Counted from the first letter of the stretch, positions 19,277 through 28,769 are shown. The stretch: DNA of 64,000 bases from Leptothrix sp. (in: b-proteobacteria) (GCA_965250675.1 CBDFPH010000003.1); one strand, 5' to 3'. The notes: generated by a model from the sequence alone, not told the origin. Numbers and translations: made by a program.

Positions 19277-20176
19277 ATGTTTGAACCTCGCCTGCACCAC
19301 GTCAACTGCCTCGACAGCCAGGGCCTGCACCGCATGGCCTATTGGGAATGGGGCGATGCGGCCAATCCGCGCGTGGTGGTCTGCGTCCACGGCCTGACGC
19401 GCCAGGGCCGCGACTTCGACACGCTCGCCCGCACCCTGGCGCCCGATTGGCGCGTGATCTGCCCCGATGTGGTCGGCCGCGGCCAGTCCGACTGGCTGCA
19501 CGACCCGATGGGTTACCAGATTCCCGCCTACGTGGCCGACATGGTCACGCTGCTGGCACGGCTGAACGTGGAGCGCGTCAGCTGGGTCGGCACCTCGATG
19601 GGCGGGCTGATCGGCCTGGGGCTGGCGGCGCTCAAAAACAGCCCCGTCGAGCGGCTGCTGCTCAACGATGTCGGCCCGGCGCTGGAATACCCGGCGCTGC
19701 AGCGCATCGGCGCCTATCTGGGCCAGCCGGTGCGGTTTGCCAGCGAAGAGCAGGCGGCGGACTACCTCTGGAGCATCTCCAGCAGCTTCGGCCCGCACAG
19801 CCGCGAGCAGTGGCTGGCACTGACGCGGCCGCAGCTGCAGCCCGCGCCCGAGGGCGGTTTCATGCCGCATTACGACCCGGCCATCGGCGTGGCGTTCCGC
19901 ACCGTGACGCCGGAGTTGGCGCAGGCCGGCGAGGCCATGCTCTGGGCGGCCTACGACCGTGTCACCTGCCCGACGCTGCTGCTGCGCGGCGCGGACTCTG
20001 ATCTGCTGACGGCGGCCACCGCCCAGGCCATGACCCAGCGCGGCCCGCGGGCGGAGCTGGTCGAGGTGGCCGGCGTCGGCCATGCACCCACGCTGGTCGC
20101 GCCGGATCAGGTGGCATGTGTGGTTGATTTCCTGAGCGCGCCAAGCGCATCTCTTAGCTCATCACCGAGCGCATGA
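19277..20176 (+). CDS. Alpha/beta hydrolase
   Basis: CVHGLTR, GTSMGG nucleophile elbow, GVGHAP. Confidence 0.88.
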   Translation: MFEPRLHHVNCLDSQGLHRMAYWEWGDAANPRVVVCVHGLTRQGRDFDTLARTLAPDWRVICPDVVGRGQSDWLHDPMGYQIPAYVADMVTLLARLNVERVSWVGTSMGGLIGLGLAALKNSPVERLLLNDVGPALEYPALQRIGAYLGQPVRFASEEQAADYLWSISSSFGPHSREQWLALTRPQLQPAPEGGFMPHYDPAIGVAFRTVTPELAQAGEAMLWAAYDRVTCPTLLLRGADSDLLTAATAQAMTQRGPRAELVEVAGVGHAPTLVAPDQVACVVDFLSAPSASLSSSPSA

Positions 20177-22419
20177 AGACGGCAAGTTCCGAGGTCGTGG
20201 GCGTTGAGGAGGTCCCGGTCGCGCCGGTCATCGCCCTGCTGGCGGTGGACGACACCGACGACCGCCTGCAACGCGCCCGCGTCTTTGCCGAGCCGCTGCT
20301 GACCGGGCAACGCTTCGACACCGGCGAGGACGCGCTGGAGCACGCCGACGGCGTGGCCGCCATCCTGAAGGCCGTGGGTGCGGCGCCTTCGATGCAGGCC
20401 GCCGTCTACTTGGTCTACGCCGGTGACTACCTGACCGACCCCGAAGTGGTGGTCAGCAAGGCCTTCGGGCCGTCGTACGCCAGCCTGGTCTCGCACACCC
20501 GCAAGCTGGTGCGCATCCAGCGCAACGCCCGCGACGCGCTGGCCGATGAGACCGACCGCGAGGTGCTGGCCCAGCAACTGGAGCGCGTGCGCAAGATGCT
20601 GCTGGCGTTCTCGCACGATCTGCGCGTGGTGCTGCTGCGGCTGGCCTCGCGCCTGCAGACGCTGCGCTACTACGCCGCCAGCAAACAGCCGTGCCCGCGC
20701 GCGATGGTGCGCGAGACGCAGCAGGTCTTCGCGCCGCTGGCCAACCGGCTGGGCATCTGGCAGATCAAGTGGGAGTTGGAGGACCTGTCCTTCCGCTTCC
20801 TGCAGCCCGAGCAGTACAAGCAGGTGGCGCGGCTGCTGGATGAGAAGCGCGTCGAGCGCGAACAGGGCATCGAGCGCGCCCGCGCCCAGCTGACCGAGGC
20901 GCTGGCGCAGGCGGGCGTGGTCGCACAGGTGCAGGGCCGGCCCAAGCACATCTACAGCATCTGGAAAAAGATGCAGGGCAAGCGGTTGGATTTTTCGCGC
21001 GTGCTTGACCTGCAGGCGCTGCGAGTGATCGTGCAGGACGTGCCCGACTGCTACGCCGCGCTCAGCCGCGTGCATGAGCTGTGGCATGCGCTGCCGGAGG
21101 AGTTCGACGACTACATCGCCCGGCCCAAGCCCAACGGCTACCAGTCGCTGCACACCGTGGTGCACGACGACGCCGGCCGCGCGCTGGAAATCCAGATCCG
21201 CACGCGCGAGATGCACGATCACGCCGAAAGCGGCGTGGCCGCGCACTGGGCCTACAAGGAGGCGGGCACCAAGGGCTACGCCGGTGTGAGCGCAGCGGGT
21301 GACTTCGAAGGCCGTGTCGCCCAGGCCCGCCGTGCCGTGCTGCAACAACTGCTGGCCTGGGAGCGTGACTTTGCCGGCCAGAGCGCCGCGCAGGACAAGG
21401 ACGGTGCAGGGCAGGGGCAGGGTCTGTTCGAGGACCGCATCTACGTCTTCACGCCGCAGGCCAGCGTGATCGAGCTGACGGCGGGCGCCACGCCGGTGGA
21501 TTTTGCCTATCAGCTGCACTCCGACCTGGGCCACCGCTGCCGTGGCGCCAAGGTCGACGGCGCGATGGTGCCGCTCAACACGCCGCTCAAGAGCGGCCAG
21601 ACCGTCGAGATCACGGCGGTGAAGGAGGGCGGGCCGTCGCTGGACTGGCTCAACCCGCAACTCGGTTATCTGCAAAGCCAGCGCTCGCGCGCCAAGGTGC
21701 GTGCCTGGTTCAATGCGCGGGCGCTGCAGGAAACCATCGCGCGGGGCCGCGAGGCGGTCGACAAGCTGCTGCAGCGCGAAGGCCGCACGGCCATCAAGCT
21801 CGACGAGCTGGCTGCGCAGCTGGGGTTCCGCAATGCCGAGGCGCTGTTCGAGGTGGTCGGCAAGGACGAGTTCTCGCTGCGCAACATCGAGGGCGTGCTG
21901 CGCCCGGTCGAGCCGGCGCCGGCTGAAGATCAGCCGCTGCTGCGGCGCTCGCGCAGCCAGGAGTCCGGCAAGGGCGTGCTGGTGGTGGGCGTGGAGTCGC
22001 TGCTGACGCAGCTGGCGCATTGCTGCCGGCCCGCGCCGCCGGACGCCATCGGCGGCTACGTGACGCGCGGCAAGGGCGTGGCAGTGCACCGGCGCGACTG
22101 CGTCAACTTCCGCCAGATGAGCGCCCGCAACCCCGAGCGCGAGATTCCGGTCGCCTGGGGCGAGGCCCGCAGCGGCCCGCAGGCGGCGCTCTACCCGGTC
22201 AATGTGGCGGTGATGGCGGCCGACCGCCAAGGCCTGTTGCGCGACATCACCGAAGTCTTCGCCAAGGAGAAAATGAACGTCACCGGCGTCAACACGCAGA
22301 CCATCAAAGGCGCGGCGTCGATGGCGTTCACTCTTGAGGTGGCCGACTCGGCACGGCTGGCTCACGTGCTGGGCCTGGTGGCACAGGTGCGGGGCGTGAT
22401 CAGTGCGCGCCGGCGCTGA
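20173..22419 (+). CDS. relA: (p)ppGpp synthetase, RelA type with degenerate HD domain
   Basis: APLANRLGI, GRPKHIYSI, EFDDYI, NGYQSLHT, TGS and ACT domains; no HD motif in the N-terminus. Confidence 0.92.
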   Translation: MKTASSEVVGVEEVPVAPVIALLAVDDTDDRLQRARVFAEPLLTGQRFDTGEDALEHADGVAAILKAVGAAPSMQAAVYLVYAGDYLTDPEVVVSKAFGPSYASLVSHTRKLVRIQRNARDALADETDREVLAQQLERVRKMLLAFSHDLRVVLLRLASRLQTLRYYAASKQPCPRAMVRETQQVFAPLANRLGIWQIKWELEDLSFRFLQPEQYKQVARLLDEKRVEREQGIERARAQLTEALAQAGVVAQVQGRPKHIYSIWKKMQGKRLDFSRVLDLQALRVIVQDVPDCYAALSRVHELWHALPEEFDDYIARPKPNGYQSLHTVVHDDAGRALEIQIRTREMHDHAESGVAAHWAYKEAGTKGYAGVSAAGDFEGRVAQARRAVLQQLLAWERDFAGQSAAQDKDGAGQGQGLFEDRIYVFTPQASVIELTAGATPVDFAYQLHSDLGHRCRGAKVDGAMVPLNTPLKSGQTVEITAVKEGGPSLDWLNPQLGYLQSQRSRAKVRAWFNARALQETIARGREAVDKLLQREGRTAIKLDELAAQLGFRNAEALFEVVGKDEFSLRNIEGVLRPVEPAPAEDQPLLRRSRSQESGKGVLVVGVESLLTQLAHCCRPAPPDAIGGYVTRGKGVAVHRRDCVNFRQMSARNPEREIPVAWGEARSGPQAALYPVNVAVMAADRQGLLRDITEVFAKEKMNVTGVNTQTIKGAASMAFTLEVADSARLAHVLGLVAQVRGVISARRR

Positions 22420-22453
22420 AATCGTTGTTCATGAATCTTTTTTGAGAAAAAGT

Positions 22454-22481
22454 TTGACGCTTTTCAATTCAGTGCTATAGT
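22454..22481 (+). promoter_or_regulatory. Sigma70 promoter of tRNA-Val
   Basis: TTGACG-N16-TATAGT with extended TG, 13 nt upstream of the tRNA. Confidence 0.65.
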
Positions 22482-22494
22482 AGCGTTCTTCGTT

Positions 22495-22571
22495 AGGCGC
22501 GTAGCTCAGCTGGTTAGAGCACCACCTTGACATGGTGGGGGTCGGAGGTTCGAGTCCTCTCGCGCCTACCA
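22495..22571 (+). tRNA. tRNA-Val(GAC)
   Basis: AGGCGCG acceptor stem, CCACC-TTGACAT-GGTGG anticodon arm, GGTTCGAGTCC, CCA end. Confidence 0.97.
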
Positions 22572-22584
22572 AAATTGGTAGGGA

Positions 22585-22618
22585 AAAAGGTTCAAGTCAC
22601 AAGCTTGAACCTTTTTTT
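22585..22618. terminator. Terminator hairpin after tRNA-Val
   Basis: AAAAAGGTTCAAG-loop-CTTGAACCTTTTTT. Confidence 0.75.
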
Positions 22619-22681
22619 ACGTCTGTCGCACAGTGAGCGCTGCCTAAAATATTTGTGCAGTTGCACCCAGGAGAGTCTTGC

Positions 22682-23221
22682 ATGCCCACGAATCGCCGCG
22701 CCACCGAGACCGACACCGGCGCCCCGGAAGGGCTGCGTGTGCTCAAGAAGTATCCCAATCGTCGCCTCTACGACACCCAGACCAGCAGCTACATCACGCT
22801 GGCGGATGTCAAGAAGATGGTGCTGGACTCCGAGCACTTCGAGGTGCGTGACGCCAAGACCGGCGATGACCTGACACGCAGCATCCTGCTGCAAATCATT
22901 CTGGAAGAAGAGACCGCCGGCGTGCCGATGTTCTCGAGCCAGATGTTGGCGCAGATCATCCGCTTCTACGGCCACACCATGCAGGGCGTGATGGGGGCTT
23001 GCATGGAGAAGAATCTGCAGGGTTTCATCGACCTGCAGAAGAGCTTCACCGACCAGACGGGTGGCCTCTACGAAGGCAAGGGCTTCAATCCCGAGGCCTG
23101 GAGCCAGTTCCTGGCCGGCCAGACGCCGGTGGTGCAGGGCTGGAACGTCTTCACGCAGATCCAGGAGCAGATGCAAGAGCAGATCAAGAAGCAGGCCGAG
23201 AGCTTCTTCCCCAAGCGCTGA
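22682..23221 (+). CDS. phaR: Polyhydroxyalkanoate synthesis repressor
   Basis: KKYPNRRLYDTQTSSYITL...DLTRSILLQIILEEE. Confidence 0.95.
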   Translation: MPTNRRATETDTGAPEGLRVLKKYPNRRLYDTQTSSYITLADVKKMVLDSEHFEVRDAKTGDDLTRSILLQIILEEETAGVPMFSSQMLAQIIRFYGHTMQGVMGACMEKNLQGFIDLQKSFTDQTGGLYEGKGFNPEAWSQFLAGQTPVVQGWNVFTQIQEQMQEQIKKQAESFFPKR

Positions 23222-23236
23222 ACCGCGTACTGCTCG

Positions 23237-23908
23237 TCAGGCCTTGAGCCAGGGTCGCATCACCCGCCAGACGTTTTCCATGATGCGCGGGTGTGCCGCT
23301 TCATTGGGGTGGATGCGGTCGGCCTGAAACCAACGCAGCGAGTCGGCGTCATCTGCCACGCCTGCCAACAGAAACGGCACCAGCGCGGCGCCATCGGCCT
23401 TTGCGACCTTGGGAAACAGGGCCGCAAAGTCGCGTCCGTACGCCGCGCCGTAGTTGGGCGGCAATTGCATGCCGACGATCATGACATGCGCGCCCACCGC
23501 CTTGCTGGCCTGGCTCATGGCACGCAGATTGGCCTCGGTCATGCTGAGCGGAAGGCCGCGCAGCGCGTCATTGCCGCCCAACTCGATCACCACGTGACTG
23601 GGCTGGTGTTGCTTGAGCAGCGCCGGCAGGCGCGATCGTCCACCGGAGGTGGTGTCGCCGCTGATGCTGGCGTTGATCACCGTGGCGCCCAGCTTCTGCT
23701 GGTCGATGCGCGCCTGCAGCAGCGCCACCCAGCCGCTGCCACGCTGCAGGCCGTACTCGGCCGACAGGCTGTCGCCCACGATCAGGATCTTGCGTGGTGC
23801 AGGGGACTTGGCTGCGGCAGAAGCCGGCACTGCCGTGCTGCCAAGACAGCCTGCGATCAGTGCCCCGACGCCAAGCGAGATACATTCGCGTCGCGTGCGA
23901 AGACGCAT
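23237..23908 (-). CDS. tesA: Arylesterase / acyl-CoA thioesterase I (SGNH)
   Basis: GDSLSAEYG, ELGGNDALRG, DRIHPN; start uncertain. Confidence 0.88.
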   Translation of the reverse strand: MRLRTRRECISLGVGALIAGCLGSTAVPASAAAKSPAPRKILIVGDSLSAEYGLQRGSGWVALLQARIDQQKLGATVINASISGDTTSGGRSRLPALLKQHQPSHVVIELGGNDALRGLPLSMTEANLRAMSQASKAVGAHVMIVGMQLPPNYGAAYGRDFAALFPKVAKADGAALVPFLLAGVADDADSLRWFQADRIHPNEAAHPRIMENVWRVMRPWLKA

Positions 23909-23939
23909 GAGACCAGGGGTGCCAACACGGCGAGCGGAC

Positions 23940-24611
23940 ATGAGTGAAACCATTATTGAAGTTCAGGACGTCACCAAGCAGGTGAGCGATGCGGGCGGGT
24001 TGCTGACGATACTGCATCAGATCAGCTTCACGCTGTCGGTGCGGGAATCGGTGGCCATCGTCGGGGCCTCCGGCTCGGGCAAGAGCACGCTGCTGGGGAT
24101 TCTGGCGGGGCTGGATGTGCCGAGTTCGGGCCACGTCAGGCTCGCCGGCGTCGATCTGTTTGCGCTGGATGAAGATGCACGCGCCGCCGTGCGGGGCGAG
24201 AAGGTCGGTTTCGTCTTCCAGAGCTTCCAGCTGATGGCGCATCTGACGGCGCTGGAGAACGTCATGCTGCCCCTGGAGTTGCGCGGTGAGCGCGACGCCC
24301 GGCGCATGGCTGCCGACATGCTGCGCCGCGTCGGCCTGGGCGAGCGGCTCGGCCACTATCCGCGTCTGCTGTCGGGCGGCGAGCAGCAGCGGGTCGCGCT
24401 GGCACGGGCGTTTGTCGTGCGCCCGGCCTTGCTGCTGGCCGACGAGCCCACCGGCAGCCTCGACCACGCCACCGGCGAGGCTGTGATGCAGCTCATGCTG
24501 GAACTCAACCGCGAGGCCGGCACGACGCTGGTGCTGGTCACACACGACCCGGCGATTGCTGCGCGCTGCGACCGGCAGATCCGGCTGGACGCGGGCCGCA
24601 TGGTGGCTTGA
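23940..24611 (+). CDS. ABC transporter ATP-binding protein (YbbA-like)
   Basis: [25 protein letters not shown]; divergent from the tesA-like gene. Confidence 0.9.
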   Translation: MSETIIEVQDVTKQVSDAGGLLTILHQISFTLSVRESVAIVGASGSGKSTLLGILAGLDVPSSGHVRLAGVDLFALDEDARAAVRGEKVGFVFQSFQLMAHLTALENVMLPLELRGERDARRMAADMLRRVGLGERLGHYPRLLSGGEQQRVALARAFVVRPALLLADEPTGSLDHATGEAVMQLMLELNREAGTTLVLVTHDPAIAARCDRQIRLDAGRMVA

Positions 24612-24651
24612 TCGGCCCGACCGGCCTCTATCGACCGTTACCATCACCGCC

Positions 24652-25392
24652 ATGTCTGCAACCCTTCTTTTCGGCTTCCATGCCGTCACCGTGCGCCTCA
24701 AGATGGCGCCGGCCTCCGTCCGCGAAATCCATGTCGACGCCACCCGGCGCGATGCGCGCATGCGCCAGTTCACCGCCCGCGTCAAGGACGCCGGTGTCAA
24801 GCTGATCGAGAGCGACGACACCCGCCTGACCCAGCTGGCCGGTAGTTCGCGCCATCAGGGCGTGGTGGCGCGCGTCACGCAACTGGCCCAGAACCATTCG
24901 CTTGATGACCTGCTCGACGCCGTGCCCAACGAGCCTCTGCTGCTGGTGCTTGATGGCGTGACCGATCCGCACAACCTCGGCGCCTGCCTGCGCGTGGCCG
25001 ATGGCGCTGGCGCCCAGGCCGTGATCGCGCCCAAGGACCATGCAGTGGGCGTCAATGCCACCGTGGCCAAGGTCGCCAGCGGGGCGGCCGAAACGGTGCC
25101 GTACTTCATGGTCACCAACCTGGCGCGCACGCTGGGCGAGTTGAAGGAACGCGATATCCGCGTCATCGGCACCAGCGACGACGCCGAACAGTCGATATAC
25201 GACATCGACCTGACCGGTCCGGTCGCCCTGGTGCTGGGTGCCGAAGGGCAGGGCATGCGGCAACTCACGCGCAAAACCTGCGACGAGCTGGTGCACATCC
25301 CGATGCACGGCGCAGTTGAAAGCCTTAACGTATCGGTGGCCTCGGCCGTGTGCCTGTATGAAGCGCTGCGCCAGCGCAGCCGCAAGAACTGA
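24652..25392 (+). CDS. rlmB: 23S rRNA Gm2251 methyltransferase
   Basis: SPOUT motifs DPHNLGACLR, GAEGQG, ESLNVSVA. Confidence 0.92.
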   Translation: MSATLLFGFHAVTVRLKMAPASVREIHVDATRRDARMRQFTARVKDAGVKLIESDDTRLTQLAGSSRHQGVVARVTQLAQNHSLDDLLDAVPNEPLLLVLDGVTDPHNLGACLRVADGAGAQAVIAPKDHAVGVNATVAKVASGAAETVPYFMVTNLARTLGELKERDIRVIGTSDDAEQSIYDIDLTGPVALVLGAEGQGMRQLTRKTCDELVHIPMHGAVESLNVSVASAVCLYEALRQRSRKN

Positions 25393-25403
25393 GGTCCTGA
25401 GCC

Positions 25404-26030
25404 ATGCCTGTCATCGCCGTTCAACATCCGCTGGTGCGTCACAAGGTCGGTTTGCTGCGCGAAGGTGACATCTCGACCAAGAAGTTCCGTGAGCTGACCG
25501 GTGAGCTCGGCCGGTTGCTGGCCTACGAGGCCACGGCTGACTTTCCGCTCGAGACCACCACGATCGAAGGCTGGAACGGGCCGGTGGAGATCGAGCGCAT
25601 CGCTGGCCGCAAGGTCACGGTGGTACCCATCCTGCGCGCCGGGCTGGGCATGCTCGACGGCGTGCTCGACATGATCCCCAACGCCAAGGTCAGCGTGGTG
25701 GGCGTGGCCCGCAACCACGAGACGCTGCAGCCTGAGCGCTATTTCGACAAGTTCGTTGGCCATCTGGCCGAGCGCACCGCGCTCATCATCGACCCGATGC
25801 TGGCTACCGCTGGTTCCATGATCGCCACCGTCGACCTGCTCAAGGCGCGCGGCTGCAAGGACGTGCGCGCGCTGGTGCTGGTCGCCGCACCCGAGGGCAT
25901 CGCCGCGTTGCAGGCGGCACATCCGGACGTGCGCTGCTGGACGGCGGCCATCGACAGCCATCTCAACGAAAACGGCTACATCATTCCCGGCCTGGGCGAT
26001 GCGGGCGACAAGATTTTTGGCACCACCTGA
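25404..26030 (+). CDS. upp: Uracil phosphoribosyltransferase
   Basis: [30 protein letters not shown]. Confidence 0.97.
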   Translation: MPVIAVQHPLVRHKVGLLREGDISTKKFRELTGELGRLLAYEATADFPLETTTIEGWNGPVEIERIAGRKVTVVPILRAGLGMLDGVLDMIPNAKVSVVGVARNHETLQPERYFDKFVGHLAERTALIIDPMLATAGSMIATVDLLKARGCKDVRALVLVAAPEGIAALQAAHPDVRCWTAAIDSHLNENGYIIPGLGDAGDKIFGTT

Positions 26031-26040
26031 GAGCCCTTTG

Positions 26041-26385
26041 ATGCGCAGCATTCCTCATTTGATGACGGCACTCGCTGCCGGCTTGCTGTTGGTGGGTTGC
26101 ACCCAGGAAAAGCAGAACGAGATCCGCCGCAGCATCCAGAACTGGACCGGTACCAACGGCGTGATGGAAATTTACGCTGGCGACAAAGTGGTGCGTCGAT
26201 TCATCAGAATCGACAAGATGAGCACCGCTTACGGCACCGATGACAACAAACCGCGGCCGTATCGCTACGGTTACGGTGTGCTCGATGAAAACCTCAACAA
26301 CACGGTCGATGGCGGCGAGAAGCGCGTCTACTTCGAAGTCAGCGACTACGGCAGTAACTACATTTTCTTTGAAAGCCCGCGCTGA
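26041..26385 (+). CDS. Hypothetical lipoprotein
   Basis: Lipobox LLVGC after a hydrophobic stretch; natural-looking composition. Confidence 0.7.
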   Translation: MRSIPHLMTALAAGLLLVGCTQEKQNEIRRSIQNWTGTNGVMEIYAGDKVVRRFIRIDKMSTAYGTDDNKPRPYRYGYGVLDENLNNTVDGGEKRVYFEVSDYGSNYIFFESPR

Positions 26386-26418
26386 CGCCGTTTTGACGTC
26401 GCGCCGGCATCCGCTACA

Positions 26419-27435
26419 TCAGGGCCGCACCAGACTCAGCGCTTCAGGGTTGACGATATTTGTTGGCTGACCCTTGAGGTAATTCGCTACGTTCTCGAAC
26501 GCCGCTGCGAAATACTGGTCGTAGTTGTCCTGCTCGACATAACCGATGTGCGGCGTGCACACTGCATTTTCCAGCCGCAGCAGTGGGTGGCCTTGCAGGA
26601 TCGGTTCGCTTTCGAACACGTCTACCGCAGCCATGCCGGGCCGGCCGCGGTTGAGAGCACCCACCAGTGCACTGTCTTGCAAAAGTTCCGCGCGTGAGGT
26701 GTTCACGAACAGCGCTGTCGGCTTCATCCGCGCCAAGTCCTCCGGACCAATGCAGGCCCGCGTGGCGTCTGCCAAGCGCAGGTGCACACTCAGCACGTCG
26801 CTGGTCTCGAACAATTCGGCACGTGACGCAAAAACGCTCAAACCATCGGCAGCGGCACGCTGGCGGCTGGCTTCGCTGCCCCAGATGCGCACCGTCATGC
26901 CAAACGCCTGGCCATAGCGCGCCACCAACTGTCCAATACGGCCGTAGCCCCAAATGCCCAGCGTCTTGCCTTGCAACAACATGCCGAGGCCGAAATTAGG
27001 TGGCATCGAGCCGGCTTTCAGACCCGATTGCTGCCACGCACCGTGCTTGAGGTTGCTGATGTACTGCGGCAGGCGCCGCATGGACGCCATGATCAGCGCC
27101 CACGTCAATTCAGCCGGCGCCACCGGTGAGCCCACGCCTTCGGCCACCGCAATGCCCAGCTTGGTGCAGGCTTCAATGTCGATGTGAGATCCCGCACGGC
27201 CGGTTTGCGAAATCAGCCGCAAGCGCGGCAATTTTTCCAGCAACTGACGCGGAAACTGCGTCCGATCACGAATCAACACCAGAACTTCCGCGTCCTTGAG
27301 TCGGATCGAGAGTTGACCAATGCCTTTGACCGTATTAGTGAAGATCTTGGGCGTGTGAGGCTCAAGCAGTGACGCGCAGGACAGCTTGCGCACCGCGTCC
27401 TGATAGTCATCGAGGATGATGATATTCATGTGCAC
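26419..27435 (-). CDS. D-2-hydroxyacid dehydrogenase family protein
   Basis: GIWGYGRIG Rossmann motif, NTSRAEL, AAVDVFESEP, TPHIGY. Confidence 0.93.
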   Translation of the reverse strand: MHMNIIILDDYQDAVRKLSCASLLEPHTPKIFTNTVKGIGQLSIRLKDAEVLVLIRDRTQFPRQLLEKLPRLRLISQTGRAGSHIDIEACTKLGIAVAEGVGSPVAPAELTWALIMASMRRLPQYISNLKHGAWQQSGLKAGSMPPNFGLGMLLQGKTLGIWGYGRIGQLVARYGQAFGMTVRIWGSEASRQRAAADGLSVFASRAELFETSDVLSVHLRLADATRACIGPEDLARMKPTALFVNTSRAELLQDSALVGALNRGRPGMAAVDVFESEPILQGHPLLRLENAVCTPHIGYVEQDNYDQYFAAAFENVANYLKGQPTNIVNPEALSLVRP

Positions 27436-27447
27436 CAGCGTCTAAAA

Positions 27448-27475
27448 ATGCATGCCAATGCATATTATGTCAACC
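27448..27475 (+). other. dif-like site = attL of the prophage
   Basis: ATGCATGCCAA-TGCATA-TTATGTCAACC. The right arm resembles the XerD arm of E. coli dif (TTATGTTAAAT), and the 17-bp core recurs at 39466-39482 with one mismatch. Confidence 0.8.
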
Positions 27476-27586
27476 CGACTACGTGCCCGCACGCGCCCTG
27501 CGATCGCACTTGGCGCTTTGCTATCTTCTGTTAAGTCCCGCGATTTCACTCGATTTGCCCTTATCTGAGCCGGGGATGATTGATTC

Positions 27587-27994
27587 ATGTCAATCCACCT
27601 CATCCCCAAACACACGCCGAAGTTGTCCATTATCGTGGACGATCTTGCATGCTCTCCCGCTGCGGCCGCTGCCGCGCTGGGTGTCTCAGAGCGCACGCTG
27701 AAACGCTGGCTCGCCGATGACGAGGCGCCGCGGGCGGCGTGCCTCGCGCTGTATTGGGTGTCGCGCTGGGGACTGTCGGCGCTGGATTGCCACCTGCACC
27801 AGGCCGCGCAGATCTACGGCAACCAGGTGCGCGGCTTGGAGCGTGAGTTGCAGCGCGTGCGCGGCGAGCTGGCCCGCGTGCTGCACCACGCCACGTTTGA
27901 AAGCGCAAACGCCCCGACGATGATGGCGCCGGGGCGTCTGCCCTTGGTGTCTGCAGAGGTGGTGCAGCTGCGGCCGCGCCGGGTCAGGGGTTGA
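27587..27994 (+). CDS. Phage HTH (XRE-like) protein with C-terminal coiled coil
   Basis: AAAALGVSERTLKRW helix-turn-helix; GGGGA SD upstream. Confidence 0.75.
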   Translation: MSIHLIPKHTPKLSIIVDDLACSPAAAAAALGVSERTLKRWLADDEAPRAACLALYWVSRWGLSALDCHLHQAAQIYGNQVRGLERELQRVRGELARVLHHATFESANAPTMMAPGRLPLVSAEVVQLRPRRVRG

Positions 27995-28388
27995 GTGCCA
28001 CCCAGCCAGTGAGCTGGCAATTCTTGTTCGGCGGCACCACGGCGTTGTCCTGCAGGACGGCCGCCCGGTAAGCGCCCTCCTTCGCCATGGCGGCGACGAT
28101 CATTTCGTAGGGCGTGGCTGTGAAGCCGCCCGCGAACTTGATGCGCATGACGATCGACGACGTGGCGCCGTACTTCTCATGCTGGGGCCACGGGCCGCCG
28201 ATCACGTCAGCGTCAACAAAGCGCGCCGTGCGGTGGTAGCACTTCAGCGTCTGCTGTGCGAAGTCGATCACGCTGGCGTCCAGGGACAGCGCCTGCACTT
28301 GCCCGGGCTTGTTGAACTCGCTGATCCCCTGCTGCAGCACTGCGGGGTTCTGCATCATCATGGTCACGATGGTTGTAATGGGGTCCAT
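27984..28388 (-). CDS. Hypothetical phage protein (134 aa)
   Basis: AGGTGAG SD; natural composition; two Cys; no recognised family. Confidence 0.65.
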   Translation of the reverse strand: MDPITTIVTMMMQNPAVLQQGISEFNKPGQVQALSLDASVIDFAQQTLKCYHRTARFVDADVIGGPWPQHEKYGATSSIVMRIKFAGGFTATPYEMIVAAMAKEGAYRAAVLQDNAVVPPNKNCQLTGWVALNP

Positions 28389-28605
28389 GGCTCACCTGAG
28401 TTGTTCGCCCGGATTGGTGCACATCTGCAGCAGCGACGGCATCCCCCGGATGGGCGATTGACGCTTTGGCATCCAGGCGCTGTTCGATGCGCATCAGCGT
28501 GCGCTCGATGGCGTCGACGCGGCCGCCCAGCGTCAGGGCGTTGCCCGTCCAGCCGATCAGCAGCCCGGCCAGCGCCACGCCGATCTTCACCAGCATTTCA
28601 TTCAT
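28213..28605 (-). CDS. Putative lysis-accessory membrane protein (TM plus coiled coil); 3' end uncertain
   Basis: MNEMLVKIGVALAGLLIGW...RVDAIERTLMRIEQRLD; ATGA-coupled to the upstream holin-like gene; the tail overlaps the next gene and looks out of frame. Confidence 0.55.
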   Translation of the reverse strand: MNEMLVKIGVALAGLLIGWTGNALTLGGRVDAIERTLMRIEQRLDAKASIAHPGDAVAAADVHQSGRTTQVSHGPHYNHRDHDDAEPRSAAAGDQRVQQARASAGAVPGRQRDRLRTADAEVLPPHGALC

Positions 28606-28769
28606 CGGGCGCCCTCCTTCATCAGCACAGCTGCGGCGCCGGCCAGCGCGCCGGCCCACGCCTGCGGGTCTGCGCCCTTGCTGGCCAGCAGCGCGGCCAG
28701 GCTCTGACAGATCAGGCCCATGCCGGCCCAGGTCGAGGGTTCACGAAGTCGGTAGATGATTTTGCTCAT
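28602..28769 (-). CDS. Putative holin (55 aa, below the track cutoff)
   Basis: MSKIIYRLREPSTWAGMGLICQSLAALLASKGADPQAWAGALAGAAAVLMKEGAR: two hydrophobic segments, an REPSTW motif seen in small phage membrane proteins, charged C-terminus. Confidence 0.6.
   Translation of the reverse strand: MSKIIYRLREPSTWAGMGLICQSLAALLASKGADPQAWAGALAGAAAVLMKEGAR

Noticed and set aside
22495-22620. tRNA-Val as an island integration site
   Set aside because: No integrase or duplicated 3' end seen; flanked by core genes
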